From Thermoplasmatales archaeon SM1-50 (GTDB lineage Archaea; Thermoplasmatota; E2; DHVEG-1), in the NCBI GenBank assembly GCA_001595945.1, contig LSSI01000015.1, forward strand, positions 1-59,889: a DNA stretch of 59,889 bases, written 5' to 3'. The position numbers were made by a program, and so were the translations under genes. Every line of letters starts with the position of its first letter. The stretch's first letter is position 1. Under the pieces are notes generated by a model. It made no database searches and was not told the DNA's origin. It was given only the letters and a program-made list of their open reading frames with translations. Shown in pieces: positions 10,089 to 20,029 of the stretch.

Positions 10089-10424
10089 CTAGACAATCAG
10101 TTCGACATGAAGGAAAAGTAATTCTATTTTTTTAAACATATGTCCATATGCAGTATACATTTTAAATGTTACAAGCGTTCCAGGAGGATAACGATCAAAT
10201 GACCTAGGCTCCTTATAGATCACCCACAAGTTTACTGCCTCAATAATGAGATATTCACCTTGTGCAGTTAAATTTGTATATCTACCAAAGATGAATGCTT
10301 GTCTCAATTCAGACAAATTTGATGAAGTAACCATTAGTGTCCCATTGTCCAATGACTCGCCAATGGGAGGGACAGTAGCTAATAATAAGATACATGTAAA
10401 TATTCCTAGGATTTCGTGTTTCAT
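10089..10424 (-). CDS. Signal peptide + stand-alone 'AFIFGRY' module
   Basis: AFIFGRYTNLTAQGEYLIIEAVNL matches the C-terminus of 48420-50096 (AFIFGRYSNKTTVGEYISIEAVNL). Confidence 0.8.
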   Translation of the reverse strand: MKHEILGIFTCILLLATVPPIGESLDNGTLMVTSSNLSELRQAFIFGRYTNLTAQGEYLIIEAVNLWVIYKEPRSFDRYPPGTLVTFKMYTAYGHMFKKIELLFLHVELIV

Positions 10425-10510
10425 GGTTTTATTTCCCCTTGTTATAAACAGGTCAGGATTGATAACCTACAGAATTATATTTAAATGTTTGGAAACAATA
10501 AAAATAGACA

Positions 10511-10577
10511 AATGATGAGAATGTATTGACATACTTTACAAAGGTACTAGCTAGCGATGATGGTTTTTTTGGATAAA
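10511..10577 (+). repeat. Dispersed degenerate relic, copy A
   Basis: GATGATGGTTTTTTTGGAT at 10556-10574 is identical to the reverse complement of 15485-15503. Flanks are also similar. Confidence 0.5.
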
Positions 10578-10604
10578 GCTAAAAGAAAAAAGGAAAAAAA
10601 GAAT

Positions 10605-11048
10605 TTATTCTCCCGTGGATACTATTACTACTTTTGCGTTTCCTTTAAAATTAACAATGAGTTGGTCTTCAGTAGTAACTTCGTCTGTATAGATACCATA
10701 ATACCAAAATAGTCTTGTTCCCCACTGGCCAATGTCGCCGGGGTCTTGCCAGAGAATTTCACCATTTTTTTCCGCATATATCGTGACCGTTACCTCTGGT
10801 TCATTCCATTCTATGTATGCAGAGAAAATAAAGGCACGGTCGTCACCAAAAGGTCGTATACAGAATCGTTTAAAAAACAAATATTGAAATAAATTACCGG
10901 AGACGGGTACAACCGGTCCGGTTGCTTCTATATAACAATCTTTGATGACTTCTCGTTTAATTTCCAATGTGGCAGCTCCTGTTATCGAGGGGAGTAATAA
11001 AATTACTACTAGTATTCCAATTATTATTTCAATGAGTTTCTTTCCCAT
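10605..11048 (-). CDS. Secreted hypothetical protein
   Basis: 147 aa with signal peptide MGKKLIEIIIGILVVILLLPSITGA. Confidence 0.8.
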   Translation of the reverse strand: MGKKLIEIIIGILVVILLLPSITGAATLEIKREVIKDCYIEATGPVVPVSGNLFQYLFFKRFCIRPFGDDRAFIFSAYIEWNEPEVTVTIYAEKNGEILWQDPGDIGQWGTRLFWYYGIYTDEVTTEDQLIVNFKGNAKVVIVSTGE

Positions 11049-11322
11049 ACTTTTTTCACCATTTTATTAAAAAGGATGAGACTTAATTAAAGACTTTCTA
11101 TGTATTTTTCGTTTAAAAATAAAATTATGTTTAAGAATAATGGTTATTTGTTCAAATAGTTACATTTTATAATGATTTCATATCAGTATATTTATATTCT
11201 TATGATTCTATGATTCTTTTATAAAAAATAACTTGAAAGTTAAAGCATTGACGCAGTTTCAAAAACACAATATGATCAGAGATTTTTTAAAATCAAAATA
11301 AAAAAAAGATAGGTAGGGTTCT

Positions 11323-13266
11323 TTAATAACCCAGTAGTTGTCGTAGGAATGGGAATGCATTGGGAAACCGCTCGAATAACACTTTTAAGAACTGTAGTGT
11401 TGGGCGGTTAAAGGAATATGGCATGGTTACCGTAAGAGTACCCCAATCACTTTCATCACCATTACTGTCTTTTGCTTTTACTCTAATTATGTAATCTCCT
11501 TTTGTAGACCAAGTATGGGATTTGATTATTATACAACCTGAATTATAGGGGCCGATCCAATCACTGTCTGTCCCATCACCCCACTCAATGAAATAGCTTA
11601 CTTCGTCACCATTAGGGTCTATTGCCGTGAAATTATACTGAATGGCAACCTTTATTTTACCCTGCGCTGGACCTGTGATGGTTGGTGTATCAGGTGGCAG
11701 ATTCTCGACACTTATTCCTTTAAGAACAAGGGATGGTTCTCCAAAAAGATTGAATGTATACATGTCTAAATATTCAGCATAGTGATCCCAACCGTAAAAA
11801 AGATTACAGAAATATTTCGCATTATAGAGGGCTTCACCAACTGTCTTTGAATCATTGATCAGAAACCGATTGAATTCAAAAAGAATGGAATCAGAACCAC
11901 CAGGGTTGTTTGGCCAATCAAAGGTTCCATACGGTGAACGAGCTGATGCAATCACACCAATTGAAGCACCCATGGAAGGATCCGTAAGTAAATCTATACC
12001 AAGATTTCCAGTTGGCGATGCCTCTGGACATCCTACATAACAGGATTCTGCAGTGACAATAGACGGATAATCATCATCAAGATTTGAATTAATATTAATG
12101 AAATCAATAAAAGATATCTCTGATGCTTCTGGAACGTTATCACCATCATCCCATTCCCAAACCTTTCGAGCAGCTCTGTTTGTCCACCCATGACCTTGCC
12201 AATTCACCACAGAATATTGACCATTCAGCCAATCGCTAGTTAACGCTGTTTCACTTAAAGGTGGCCAAGGATAGACCGATGTTTCTAATCCTTGTTGTTC
12301 ACTATAATGGCTATTTGACCAGTTCGTCATAGTATCATTTTCAATATAGTAGGAAAGCGTTGCACCATCCATTGCAGGGTTTCCACTGTTGCCTTCGTTA
12401 GTAAAATAAAAAAACGACCCCGCATTCAACGCATTTGTTTTCCATTCAGTGCTATCTTGTTCAAATGAAGTAATTTTATCAAGAGTATATGTTATTCGGG
12501 TGGAGATACTTGTTGGAATTCTTCCTATGTAGACTTCTGGGAAAAAATCTGGTGAATCTTGTCCGTATTCTCCGTAATATCCATCACCATCAAGATCCCA
12601 GGAATCTGCATCACCACTCGATAAATCTGCGTAGTAATAATCGGTTGGCACTTCTCCACTTGTCCAATCGAAAATATCAAATCTATGATTCGTTGGGTCT
12701 GGGTAACAATACCTCATTGGTATAGTTGCATGATCTCCAATGAGTAATACATATTCTATTCCTAACTCTTGGTAAGATACTCTGAGGAAGTTTCTAATTT
12801 TTTCAGGTAAGTCCTGACCGTTTTGAGAGGCAATCTCAGTATCTGTTATATTAAAGATTTTAACAGTATGACCTAGAAGCGTTTTCCATCCAATGAATGC
12901 GGAGGAAGTAATTGCATTATACAAGCTCTCTACAGTAATGATAACGTAATTGTATGTCTCAATATTATTTTGCTTTTGATTTAATGTCCATTGTTTTTCT
13001 ATCTCTCTATTATCCGTAATATTTTTTGAATTTTGTCTGTAAGAGATTAAATGAATTTCTGGTTCTTCGTTCGTGTGTTCTCCATTCTTGTTTATCATTT
13101 GATAATCAGGCGAACATGGTTGAGAAATCGGTGCAATAAATATTTCCGAATCATTTGATAAATCTGGAAATTCAGTATCAAGTTTAAATTTTTTTTCAGT
13201 TGCCATACACTGTAATCCACTAATGAGAAATACGCCGACAATCAGAAATGGAATTATTTTTTTCAT
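11323..13266 (-). CDS. Gingipain-like cysteine peptidase (C25) + PKD + FPNAFP tail
   Basis: YVIIT, YVLLIGD, PTDYYYADL, VYIGRIP, catalytic WQGHG and AESC. PKD signature YFIEWGDG...HTWSTKGDY. C-terminus FERFPNAFPFLRQLLGY. Confidence 0.9.
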   Translation of the reverse strand: MKKIIPFLIVGVFLISGLQCMATEKKFKLDTEFPDLSNDSEIFIAPISQPCSPDYQMINKNGEHTNEEPEIHLISYRQNSKNITDNREIEKQWTLNQKQNNIETYNYVIITVESLYNAITSSAFIGWKTLLGHTVKIFNITDTEIASQNGQDLPEKIRNFLRVSYQELGIEYVLLIGDHATIPMRYCYPDPTNHRFDIFDWTSGEVPTDYYYADLSSGDADSWDLDGDGYYGEYGQDSPDFFPEVYIGRIPTSISTRITYTLDKITSFEQDSTEWKTNALNAGSFFYFTNEGNSGNPAMDGATLSYYIENDTMTNWSNSHYSEQQGLETSVYPWPPLSETALTSDWLNGQYSVVNWQGHGWTNRAARKVWEWDDGDNVPEASEISFIDFININSNLDDDYPSIVTAESCYVGCPEASPTGNLGIDLLTDPSMGASIGVIASARSPYGTFDWPNNPGGSDSILFEFNRFLINDSKTVGEALYNAKYFCNLFYGWDHYAEYLDMYTFNLFGEPSLVLKGISVENLPPDTPTITGPAQGKIKVAIQYNFTAIDPNGDEVSYFIEWGDGTDSDWIGPYNSGCIIIKSHTWSTKGDYIIRVKAKDSNGDESDWGTLTVTMPYSFNRPTLQFLKVLFERFPNAFPFLRQLLGY

Positions 13267-13338
13267 TTTTTTGCTCCATTAGCTCCATTATATAGTTTTC
13301 ATAACATTGTTCTCCCTTAAAAATATATCCTTAGATGA

Positions 13339-13449
13339 TTAAAGAATAATATCTTTTCATTCCGACTTTTAGACATGCAACTTCTTGAACAGTTCTTTGA
13401 GCAATTCCCCCATGCATTTTCAATCCTACGACACCTAATCAGATATTAA
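13339..13449 (+). pseudogene. Orphan FPNAFP-type C-terminal tail (or 24-aa micropeptide from ATG 13375)
   Basis: Translates LKNNIFSFRLLDMQLLEQFFEQFPHAFSILRHLIRY*, followed by a T-rich tract. No upstream gene body. Confidence 0.7.
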
Positions 13450-13579
13450 ATACCTTGTCTTTTTTTCTTTTTCAGTTTGATTTCATCTAAAAAATTAGTT
13501 CTATTATGTAATCGAAACTCGTATCGCTGTGTTGATGAAAATAAAAATTTTCTTGTCACTTTTCTTAAAAATATAAACC

Positions 13580-13651
13580 GATGATAAATTATAAATACCA
13601 TGATTGAATTTTAATTTATTGAACCCGTTTTTTAGAGGGAGGAAGAAAACC
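13580..13651 (+). promoter_or_regulatory. Promoter/leader cassette shared with 25162-25232
   Basis: 35-bp identity GATGATAAATTATAAATACCATGATTGAATTTTAA containing a TATA box, then a similar leader and GGGAGGAAGAAAA RBS. Confidence 0.75.
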
Positions 13652-15400
13652 TTGAAAAATGGAATAATGCAGAGGAATATTATCGTAGTAACAATAGTTC
13701 TGTTATTTGGGGTTAGTGTCACACCATCCATAACAGGTGCTTTTACCGAAGAGAAATCTAATCTTTACGTATCATATGGTGTTATTTTATATGTCGGTGG
13801 GAGTGGGCCAAACAACTATACTAAAATACAGGATGCAATCAATGACACCAATAATGGAGATAGTGTCTATGTGTATCAAGGAACCTACTATGAATATATT
13901 ATAATTAATAGGAGCATTAATCTTATTGGGGAAGATAAAAATATTACGATTATTGATAGCAACGCAAAACATGATACGATATATATTGGGTTCCCCGCGG
14001 ATAATGTGAATATAACAGGATTTACTATACAAAACAGCGGTAACTTCTCTTCAGGAGGAGCATATTGTGATGCTGGGATTGAAATCCATTCAGATTATAA
14101 TTCTATCCAAAATAATATAATATCAAACCATCCTCTTTATGGAATTCGACTCTGGGGTTCAAAGGGTAATAATATCTCTTATAATTCAATTTCATCATGT
14201 AATCGTTCAGGGATTAATTTTCTTGCTGGTCCAAGCAATACTATTTCTCATAACCTCATCTACGATAACGACGTTGGGATTTCTGCTCTTGGTAGTACGA
14301 ACGCCAAAGAAAACCTGCTTTCATATAACACTTTTTTTAGGAATCGGAAAGGACTGGCGATGTATGATTCAGGTAGCCGGATTTTTTGTAATAATTTCAT
14401 GGATAATATTGACTTCAATGCTATGTCTCATTTTAATTTCTGGCAAATGAAACCTTCAAGAAATATTTGGGAGAGTAATTATTGGGATGATTGGCAGGGA
14501 TTTGGTCCAAAATGGATTGGTGGATTTTTAGGATTTAATTTTGATTGGAGTCCTGTAAAAGAACCATATCCTTATCAAGATATACCTTCGTTACAATCAC
14601 AAATAACTGATAATGGAAATGTAACAAAATGGGCAGTATTAATTGCTTGTAGTGGCGGAGTAACCTATGAACGTCATGAGAGACGTGATCGTAATGATGT
14701 GAGAGTATTAAAACAAATATTAAATAAAAATGGTTGGGACGATGATCATATTCTCGTTTTAATGGAAGAGGAGGCAACAAAGGAAGCCATACTTGATGAT
14801 TCTTTTCAATGGTTACGGGATAATGGAGAAGATGAAGATGATCTCATTATTTTCTTTTTTTCTGGCCATGGATACTATCATACTGGAGATCAACCTCCAG
14901 TCGATGAACCTGATGGAAGAGATGAAATTCTACATCCTTGGGATCCCGATTTCGCTGGATGGAATCCGGATTTGTTTATAATAGATGATGTCCTAGCAGA
15001 GAAATTTGATATACTAAAATCACACAATCTAGTAATCATTATGCACACGTGTCATGCTGGAGGATGGATAGATGGTGAAAGTGATCTATCGAAGTCTGGT
15101 CGTGTGGTTTTAGTTGCCTGTGGTGTTGATGAAGCTTCATGTATGATGTTTTTCCCGATACATTGGTTGTTCCCCTATTATCTTACTCAAGGTTTAAAAG
15201 GCCGTGCAGATGATAACAATGATAAAGTTATTACAGCGGAGGAGTTACTAAGATATACGATTAAACCTGTTCAATTTCGGTCTAAGATTTATAATTGGAT
15301 ATTAACTGGCGTGGCGAATGTTCAAAACCCTGCGTTACATGATGGATGGCCAAATAACGAAAATAACACAGAAGAATTGAAATTAATAGATGTATCATAA
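13652..15400 (+). CDS. Secreted right-handed beta-helix (NosD/pectin-lyase-like) + caspase-like C14 peptidase
   Basis: LYVGGSGPNNYTKIQDAI and N-rich helix repeats, then KWAVLIA, FFFSGHG (His), HTCHAGG (Cys), DDNNDKVITAEE. TTG start after the RBS. Confidence 0.88.
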   Translation: MKNGIMQRNIIVVTIVLLFGVSVTPSITGAFTEEKSNLYVSYGVILYVGGSGPNNYTKIQDAINDTNNGDSVYVYQGTYYEYIIINRSINLIGEDKNITIIDSNAKHDTIYIGFPADNVNITGFTIQNSGNFSSGGAYCDAGIEIHSDYNSIQNNIISNHPLYGIRLWGSKGNNISYNSISSCNRSGINFLAGPSNTISHNLIYDNDVGISALGSTNAKENLLSYNTFFRNRKGLAMYDSGSRIFCNNFMDNIDFNAMSHFNFWQMKPSRNIWESNYWDDWQGFGPKWIGGFLGFNFDWSPVKEPYPYQDIPSLQSQITDNGNVTKWAVLIACSGGVTYERHERRDRNDVRVLKQILNKNGWDDDHILVLMEEEATKEAILDDSFQWLRDNGEDEDDLIIFFFSGHGYYHTGDQPPVDEPDGRDEILHPWDPDFAGWNPDLFIIDDVLAEKFDILKSHNLVIIMHTCHAGGWIDGESDLSKSGRVVLVACGVDEASCMMFFPIHWLFPYYLTQGLKGRADDNNDKVITAEELLRYTIKPVQFRSKIYNWILTGVANVQNPALHDGWPNNENNTEELKLIDVS

Positions 15401-15480
15401 ATTATAAAAAAGAATCATATTCATTGATACAATTCTCTAAATTCTATACTACTATAAAGACCATCTTTTTATTATTTTAT

Positions 15481-15590
15481 TTTCATCCAAAAAAACCATC
15501 ATCATCAGTGCCTCGGCAAATAGTGTCTATGCTTTCTCTAACTTCATAAAAATTATTTTCAATTACAGGAAAAAAAACTTCAGCATCAAA
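15481..15590 (-). repeat. Dispersed degenerate relic, copy B
   Basis: Minus strand reads DAEVFFPVIENNFYEVRESIDTICRGTDDDGFF. It shares the 19-mer with copy A. Confidence 0.5.
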
Positions 15591-15652
15591 TCACGAAATC
15601 ACGTAATCCTATAGTCATATAGGGATTCAGTGATAGCTCTCTTCATTTTTCT

Positions 15653-16201
15653 TTAACGTCTATGTTCTTGTGGAGGATTTTCATGCGGAGATATTAAATC
15701 CATTAAAAACTTACTTAAAATTGTCTTAATTCCATACATCCAAATTACTACCACTATAATAAAAATAATTGTTACATAATCCCATTTGTTAATCACCAAA
15801 CCAAGTGCAATCCCTGCAGCCGGGGCATGTTCTGTATTAGTAATAGCCATAATAAAAATAGCAAATCCAACAGCTAGAGAGCCAAATATTACTAATAATG
15901 TAGTATTATTAATACTGATCATTGTTTTAAAAAATAATGTTGAGATAATATAGAAGACAAATCCAACTGCTAACCCAACAAGATATCCACCAATAAGACG
16001 TCGTGAATCAGATGAATATTGTTTTGGCATTGTAAAAACAATAAATGTACTTGCTCCAAGAGCAGTAATTATTGCTGTTTCATTTAATACATCAAGGAAA
16101 AGAAGGGCTGCAAATATTGTAAGAGTAGCTAATACGCATTGAATTATATATTTTGTAGTATTTTTTCTAAATTTTCTATCTATAAATATAATGGTAGTCA
16201 T
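15653..16201 (-). CDS. HPP-family membrane protein
   Basis: LGASTFIVFTMPK...RRLIGGY and EHAPAAGIAL. RBS AGGAG precedes ATG 16201. Confidence 0.8.
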   Translation of the reverse strand: MTTIIFIDRKFRKNTTKYIIQCVLATLTIFAALLFLDVLNETAIITALGASTFIVFTMPKQYSSDSRRLIGGYLVGLAVGFVFYIISTLFFKTMISINNTTLLVIFGSLAVGFAIFIMAITNTEHAPAAGIALGLVINKWDYVTIIFIIVVVIWMYGIKTILSKFLMDLISPHENPPQEHRR

Positions 16202-16437
16202 TGAAATATCTCTCCTTTTTTTCAATGAGAAATTATTGTTGGAAATAAATAGTTACTGGGTGGACTAGGTAAAGGATTTGATCATATTATTTTTCTGACA
16301 TAACATTTTATTCCGGTATAAAAAATATGATATTATTTACTTTGAATCCCTCCTTTTGTCAATGGTATCGTCTGAATAAAATTCGTAGTTCAATGAAAAA
16401 GTCAAATTTATAACCTTAATTTCTAGATCCCTTGTGA

Positions 16438-17469
16438 TTATTTCATCTGATAGACTTTTCTGATAGGCCAAGAAATTTCAATTTTTTCTTTGTCAAATCG
16501 TTTTTTTAACGCTTTTATAAACTCATTACGTACGAGAAATCGTTTCATCGGGTCCTCTACTCGTAGTATTGCGGTAAAATTGATATTAGAATCCCCAAAA
16601 TCAGTATATCGAAAAACAGGAGTAAAACCTTTTACAGTGCCATCAACTGTCTGTTGAATTTTTTTTGCAACATCAAGGGTTACCTCTTGTACTTTTTCCA
16701 AATCAGATTCATATGCAACCCCACAAGGAACCCATACGGACATATCCTGTTTAGGTTTTGAAAAATTCGTAATCGTACTTTCAGCGAGTTTTCCATTTGG
16801 AATTATTAGCAGATTATCGGTTAATGTCCGAATCCTTGTTGACCTCCATCCAATATCTTCAACAATTCCCTTTGTGTTTTCGTCTATCTCGATATAATCC
16901 CCAACATCAATCGGTCGATCTGATAGTAAATGGACACCTGCAAAGAAATTCGCAAGAGTACTTTGCAAGGCAAGACCAATGGCAAGTGCGCCAAGACCAA
17001 TCCCTGCGATTATCGGGGTGATATCAACTTGAAAATATTCAAGAATAACTGCGATAGCAACAATAAAACAGATAATTGTCAATATTTTATTTAGCAAACC
17101 AGGAGTCCGTTCAAAACCTTTGCTGTATTTTAACCATCCTATCATAAATACTTTAAGAATTCGTGATATAAGCAACGCGAGTGCAAACACAAATATCATA
17201 AAAAAGAATCCATCTATCCAAAATTTATATCTATCCAGAGATGTCAGAAGTTCAATAGCAATATATAATCCTATGAAAAAAATGATTATAAAAATAGGTT
17301 TTGAAATTTGTTGAAAGATAAATTTTCCGTATGTTTTTTTTCTGCCAGCAATTTTATTTACAATGATTTTTAGAATTAGAAATGATAGAGTCACTGCGAT
17401 AATCGTAATAATTAATATTATTGAGAATCGTAAATATTCATTCGTTAAGATTGAATCAAATAATCCCAT
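16438..17469 (-). CDS. mscS: Small-conductance mechanosensitive channel (MscS family)
   Basis: GLGALAIGLALQSTLANFFAG, GDYIE, VEDIGWRSTRIRT, IIPNGKL, FGDSNINF. Confidence 0.95.
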   Translation of the reverse strand: MGLFDSILTNEYLRFSIILIITIIAVTLSFLILKIIVNKIAGRKKTYGKFIFQQISKPIFIIIFFIGLYIAIELLTSLDRYKFWIDGFFFMIFVFALALLISRILKVFMIGWLKYSKGFERTPGLLNKILTIICFIVAIAVILEYFQVDITPIIAGIGLGALAIGLALQSTLANFFAGVHLLSDRPIDVGDYIEIDENTKGIVEDIGWRSTRIRTLTDNLLIIPNGKLAESTITNFSKPKQDMSVWVPCGVAYESDLEKVQEVTLDVAKKIQQTVDGTVKGFTPVFRYTDFGDSNINFTAILRVEDPMKRFLVRNEFIKALKKRFDKEKIEISWPIRKVYQMK

Positions 17470-17757
17470 AAATTCAACTCCGATAATCACTCTACAGAAT
17501 TATATGAATGCAATAAAAAGCTTCTGTATTTGTTTTATTCTAGCTATTTCTTCATTGATTTTTGGTTGAGGTACACTTTCTTACAGATCTTTGTGGGGCT
17601 CGTGTTCTCTACCTCTCTGTAGATAAAGATAAGAGAGCATGAATGTGTTTAAATCTTTCTACTCTGAAAAACAATTAAACAGATCATACCAAATAATAGA
17701 GAGGAAGAAAAAAAATAAAAGAATGGATTTAATTTTTTCTTTCTCTTCTTTTTTTTA

Positions 17758-18459
17758 TTATGTGATGTTGAATGTGCTGTCAGGTATATCTGAGAAGGAA
17801 TAATTACTGAATACGAAGTCCATGGTCATGGTGATCTCTTTCATTGTCATATCGAAATATGCTTTTAATGGAACTCCTTTCTCATTCCAGATCCATATTT
17901 TTATTGTCATGAGATTCTCGCCGATTAACGGGAGATCGTATTCAATGATGGTTGTCTTTTTCCCATCGATGATTTCTGTTTCAAAGTCTGTGATAGTCTG
18001 GTTGTTTAGAAGGTCTTTGATCATTTTTGGATCTAGATATTGCAGTGATGTAACATAGGATGGGACTTCTGTTGTCAAGACGTATTTCCCCTGTGTGGGA
18101 TTATAGACGTAGGTTCCTTCTGGACGGACAATCACTACAAGTGTGTTTGTGATACCTGCCATCTGACCGGTAATCTCTTCTTTGAGATATGGCTTTTCTT
18201 GCCATATTTTCATAGTCATGGTTTGAGCTCCATACTGGGGCATTGTTATCGTCGCATAAATCTCATAATACATTGACCCGATTGCTTCAGCTTTTGACAG
18301 GATTGTTTGGAGTGATTCTGGTTCTGGTGATGTTGATGTGATAGTTGATTGATCAGCAGAGGTATTTGGTTGAAAACTTCCACTGACTCCTGCAATGATT
18401 ACTATCACTGCGACTATTATTCCTGCTATTCCAATCATTATATAGTGTTTTTTCATCAT
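17758..18459 (-). CDS. Membrane-anchored LolA-fold-like (DUF2092/DUF4412-like) protein
   Basis: N-terminal TM anchor, S/T/P linker, then KIWQEKPYLKEE, ETEIIDGKKTTIIEY, KIWIWNEKGVPLK and FSDIPDSTF pattern. Confidence 0.55.
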   Translation of the reverse strand: MMKKHYIMIGIAGIIVAVIVIIAGVSGSFQPNTSADQSTITSTSPEPESLQTILSKAEAIGSMYYEIYATITMPQYGAQTMTMKIWQEKPYLKEEITGQMAGITNTLVVIVRPEGTYVYNPTQGKYVLTTEVPSYVTSLQYLDPKMIKDLLNNQTITDFETEIIDGKKTTIIEYDLPLIGENLMTIKIWIWNEKGVPLKAYFDMTMKEITMTMDFVFSNYSFSDIPDSTFNIT

Positions 18460-18730
18460 TTTTTTCTCTCTCCTTTTAATCCAAATAATCCTTCCTTGCT
18501 AATCCTACATAAATATTATCTGTCAAAATGTCAAAACGGTGAAGTTTCCTTACGAAAAGAGAAAAGATTCTAACATATTTTATATATGTTTTCTTGAGTC
18601 TAGGGCTTGTTTTATCGTGGTCGATAGTTTTTTCAGGTACTCTCCTAGATTTTTATTGATCTTGATTGTTACTAAGGATATGTTTTTAAAGAAAAAAAAA
18701 CAAGTTTTTTTGTATTATTCTTTTGTTTAT

Positions 18731-19108
18731 TTATCTATTCAATATTTTCAAAGCTTCTTCCATAAGATGTTTTGAATCAATTATTTTAATACTTGGATTA
18801 TCCATTACTTCAGCTAATATTTTCTTCACTTCGCTTTTCACCTCTTGAAAAGCAAGTAGTAAGATGGGTATATTATGAATAATTCCAGGAGTCAATAAAT
18901 CTTTCAGTGAATCTGTAATTTTTAGAAGAGGAGATACCTTATGGAAATATCCCACGATAAGGTCAATTTCATCTGCCACTGAGATAAATGCTATATATTT
19001 TCCCCGGCCATCTACCTTATTACCTATTGGTAAAGCTCGATAGCCTTTACACACAAGTTTAGGTAAAAATTCAGGGTCTATTCCTTCTAAATATGCTATT
19101 GTCTTCAT
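18731..19108 (-). CDS. Conserved-looking cytoplasmic hypothetical protein
   Basis: 125-aa ORF with a GGGGGAG RBS and alpha/beta composition. Confidence 0.75.
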   Translation of the reverse strand: MKTIAYLEGIDPEFLPKLVCKGYRALPIGNKVDGRGKYIAFISVADEIDLIVGYFHKVSPLLKITDSLKDLLTPGIIHNIPILLLAFQEVKSEVKKILAEVMDNPSIKIIDSKHLMEEALKILNR

Positions 19109-19491
19109 GTTCTCCCCCTTAAATGTTTCAATTTTATAAATAACATTTTTTTATATTATAAAAAATAATGTGTGATTTTATTACATGTAATAAAATAATG
19201 CTACTTTCCCTACAGGATAAGGAAATGTCAAATATTTTCATGATGTATTATGCAGGTAATTCATCTATGACCTATCCATCATGGATATCTTATTTTGAAT
19301 TTGATAAAAAATTTATCATAGTCAAAGCATATTGTGTCCCTGTAAAACTGTGTCAATGCTTCCTTTTTTAAAAAAAGATTTGATTGTGTTTTTATAATTA
19401 ATGATTTTTTACAAAAAAAGATACTGAAGCGTAAATTGGGTAAGAGGTGTCAACGAAATGTTATATGCTAGGAAAACGACCCTTATGACAG

Positions 19492-19869
19492 TTGCATATG
19501 ACGTATTTGAAAGGATTATTACAACTCTTACTGATATGTCTTACAATTTCTGTTGTGTTTTTTCCCGTTACAGTGTTCATTCACGAAGGAACACATTATA
19601 TTATGTACACTTTGGAGGGCATAGAGGTCACTTCATTTCATGTACTGGATCAAGATTCCTTGGAGCAAGGGCGTGCTGGATTTATAACAACAACGATAGA
19701 ATCTAGATATGGTTCTCTATTTCAAGAGGTAATCGCCAATGTTGCTTCATGTTTCTTTTTAGCATTGATATTGATGTTCTTCCTTGCGAAGCCATTCAAG
19801 AGATTCACGGTTCATCAATTTGAATTAATGGGTGTAAAAAGGAACTTTAATCCTGTCATAAAACAATAA
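19492..19869 (+). CDS. Small membrane protein with HExxH (M50-like) motif
   Basis: VFIHEGTH directly after a TM helix, plus a second TM helix. Confidence 0.6.
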   Translation: MHMTYLKGLLQLLLICLTISVVFFPVTVFIHEGTHYIMYTLEGIEVTSFHVLDQDSLEQGRAGFITTTIESRYGSLFQEVIANVASCFFLALILMFFLAKPFKRFTVHQFELMGVKRNFNPVIKQ

Positions 19870-20029
19870 TTTGTAAGAATAACCATATCAATGTTTTCCT
19901 ACTCCCTTATCTTTTTTATATGAATCATCAGAGAGTAGAAATATCCTCTAATGCTCTGAAGATGCAGGTAAGAATCTTTGATTCTAAGGTACAGCAACCG
20001 TTGATTCGAGAAGGGAATAGCATTATTGT

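Noticed and set aside
19170-19400. Minus-strand IHDG*VIDELPA*YI fragment resembling an ABC ATPase tail
   Set aside because: Too short and degenerate to distinguish from chance.
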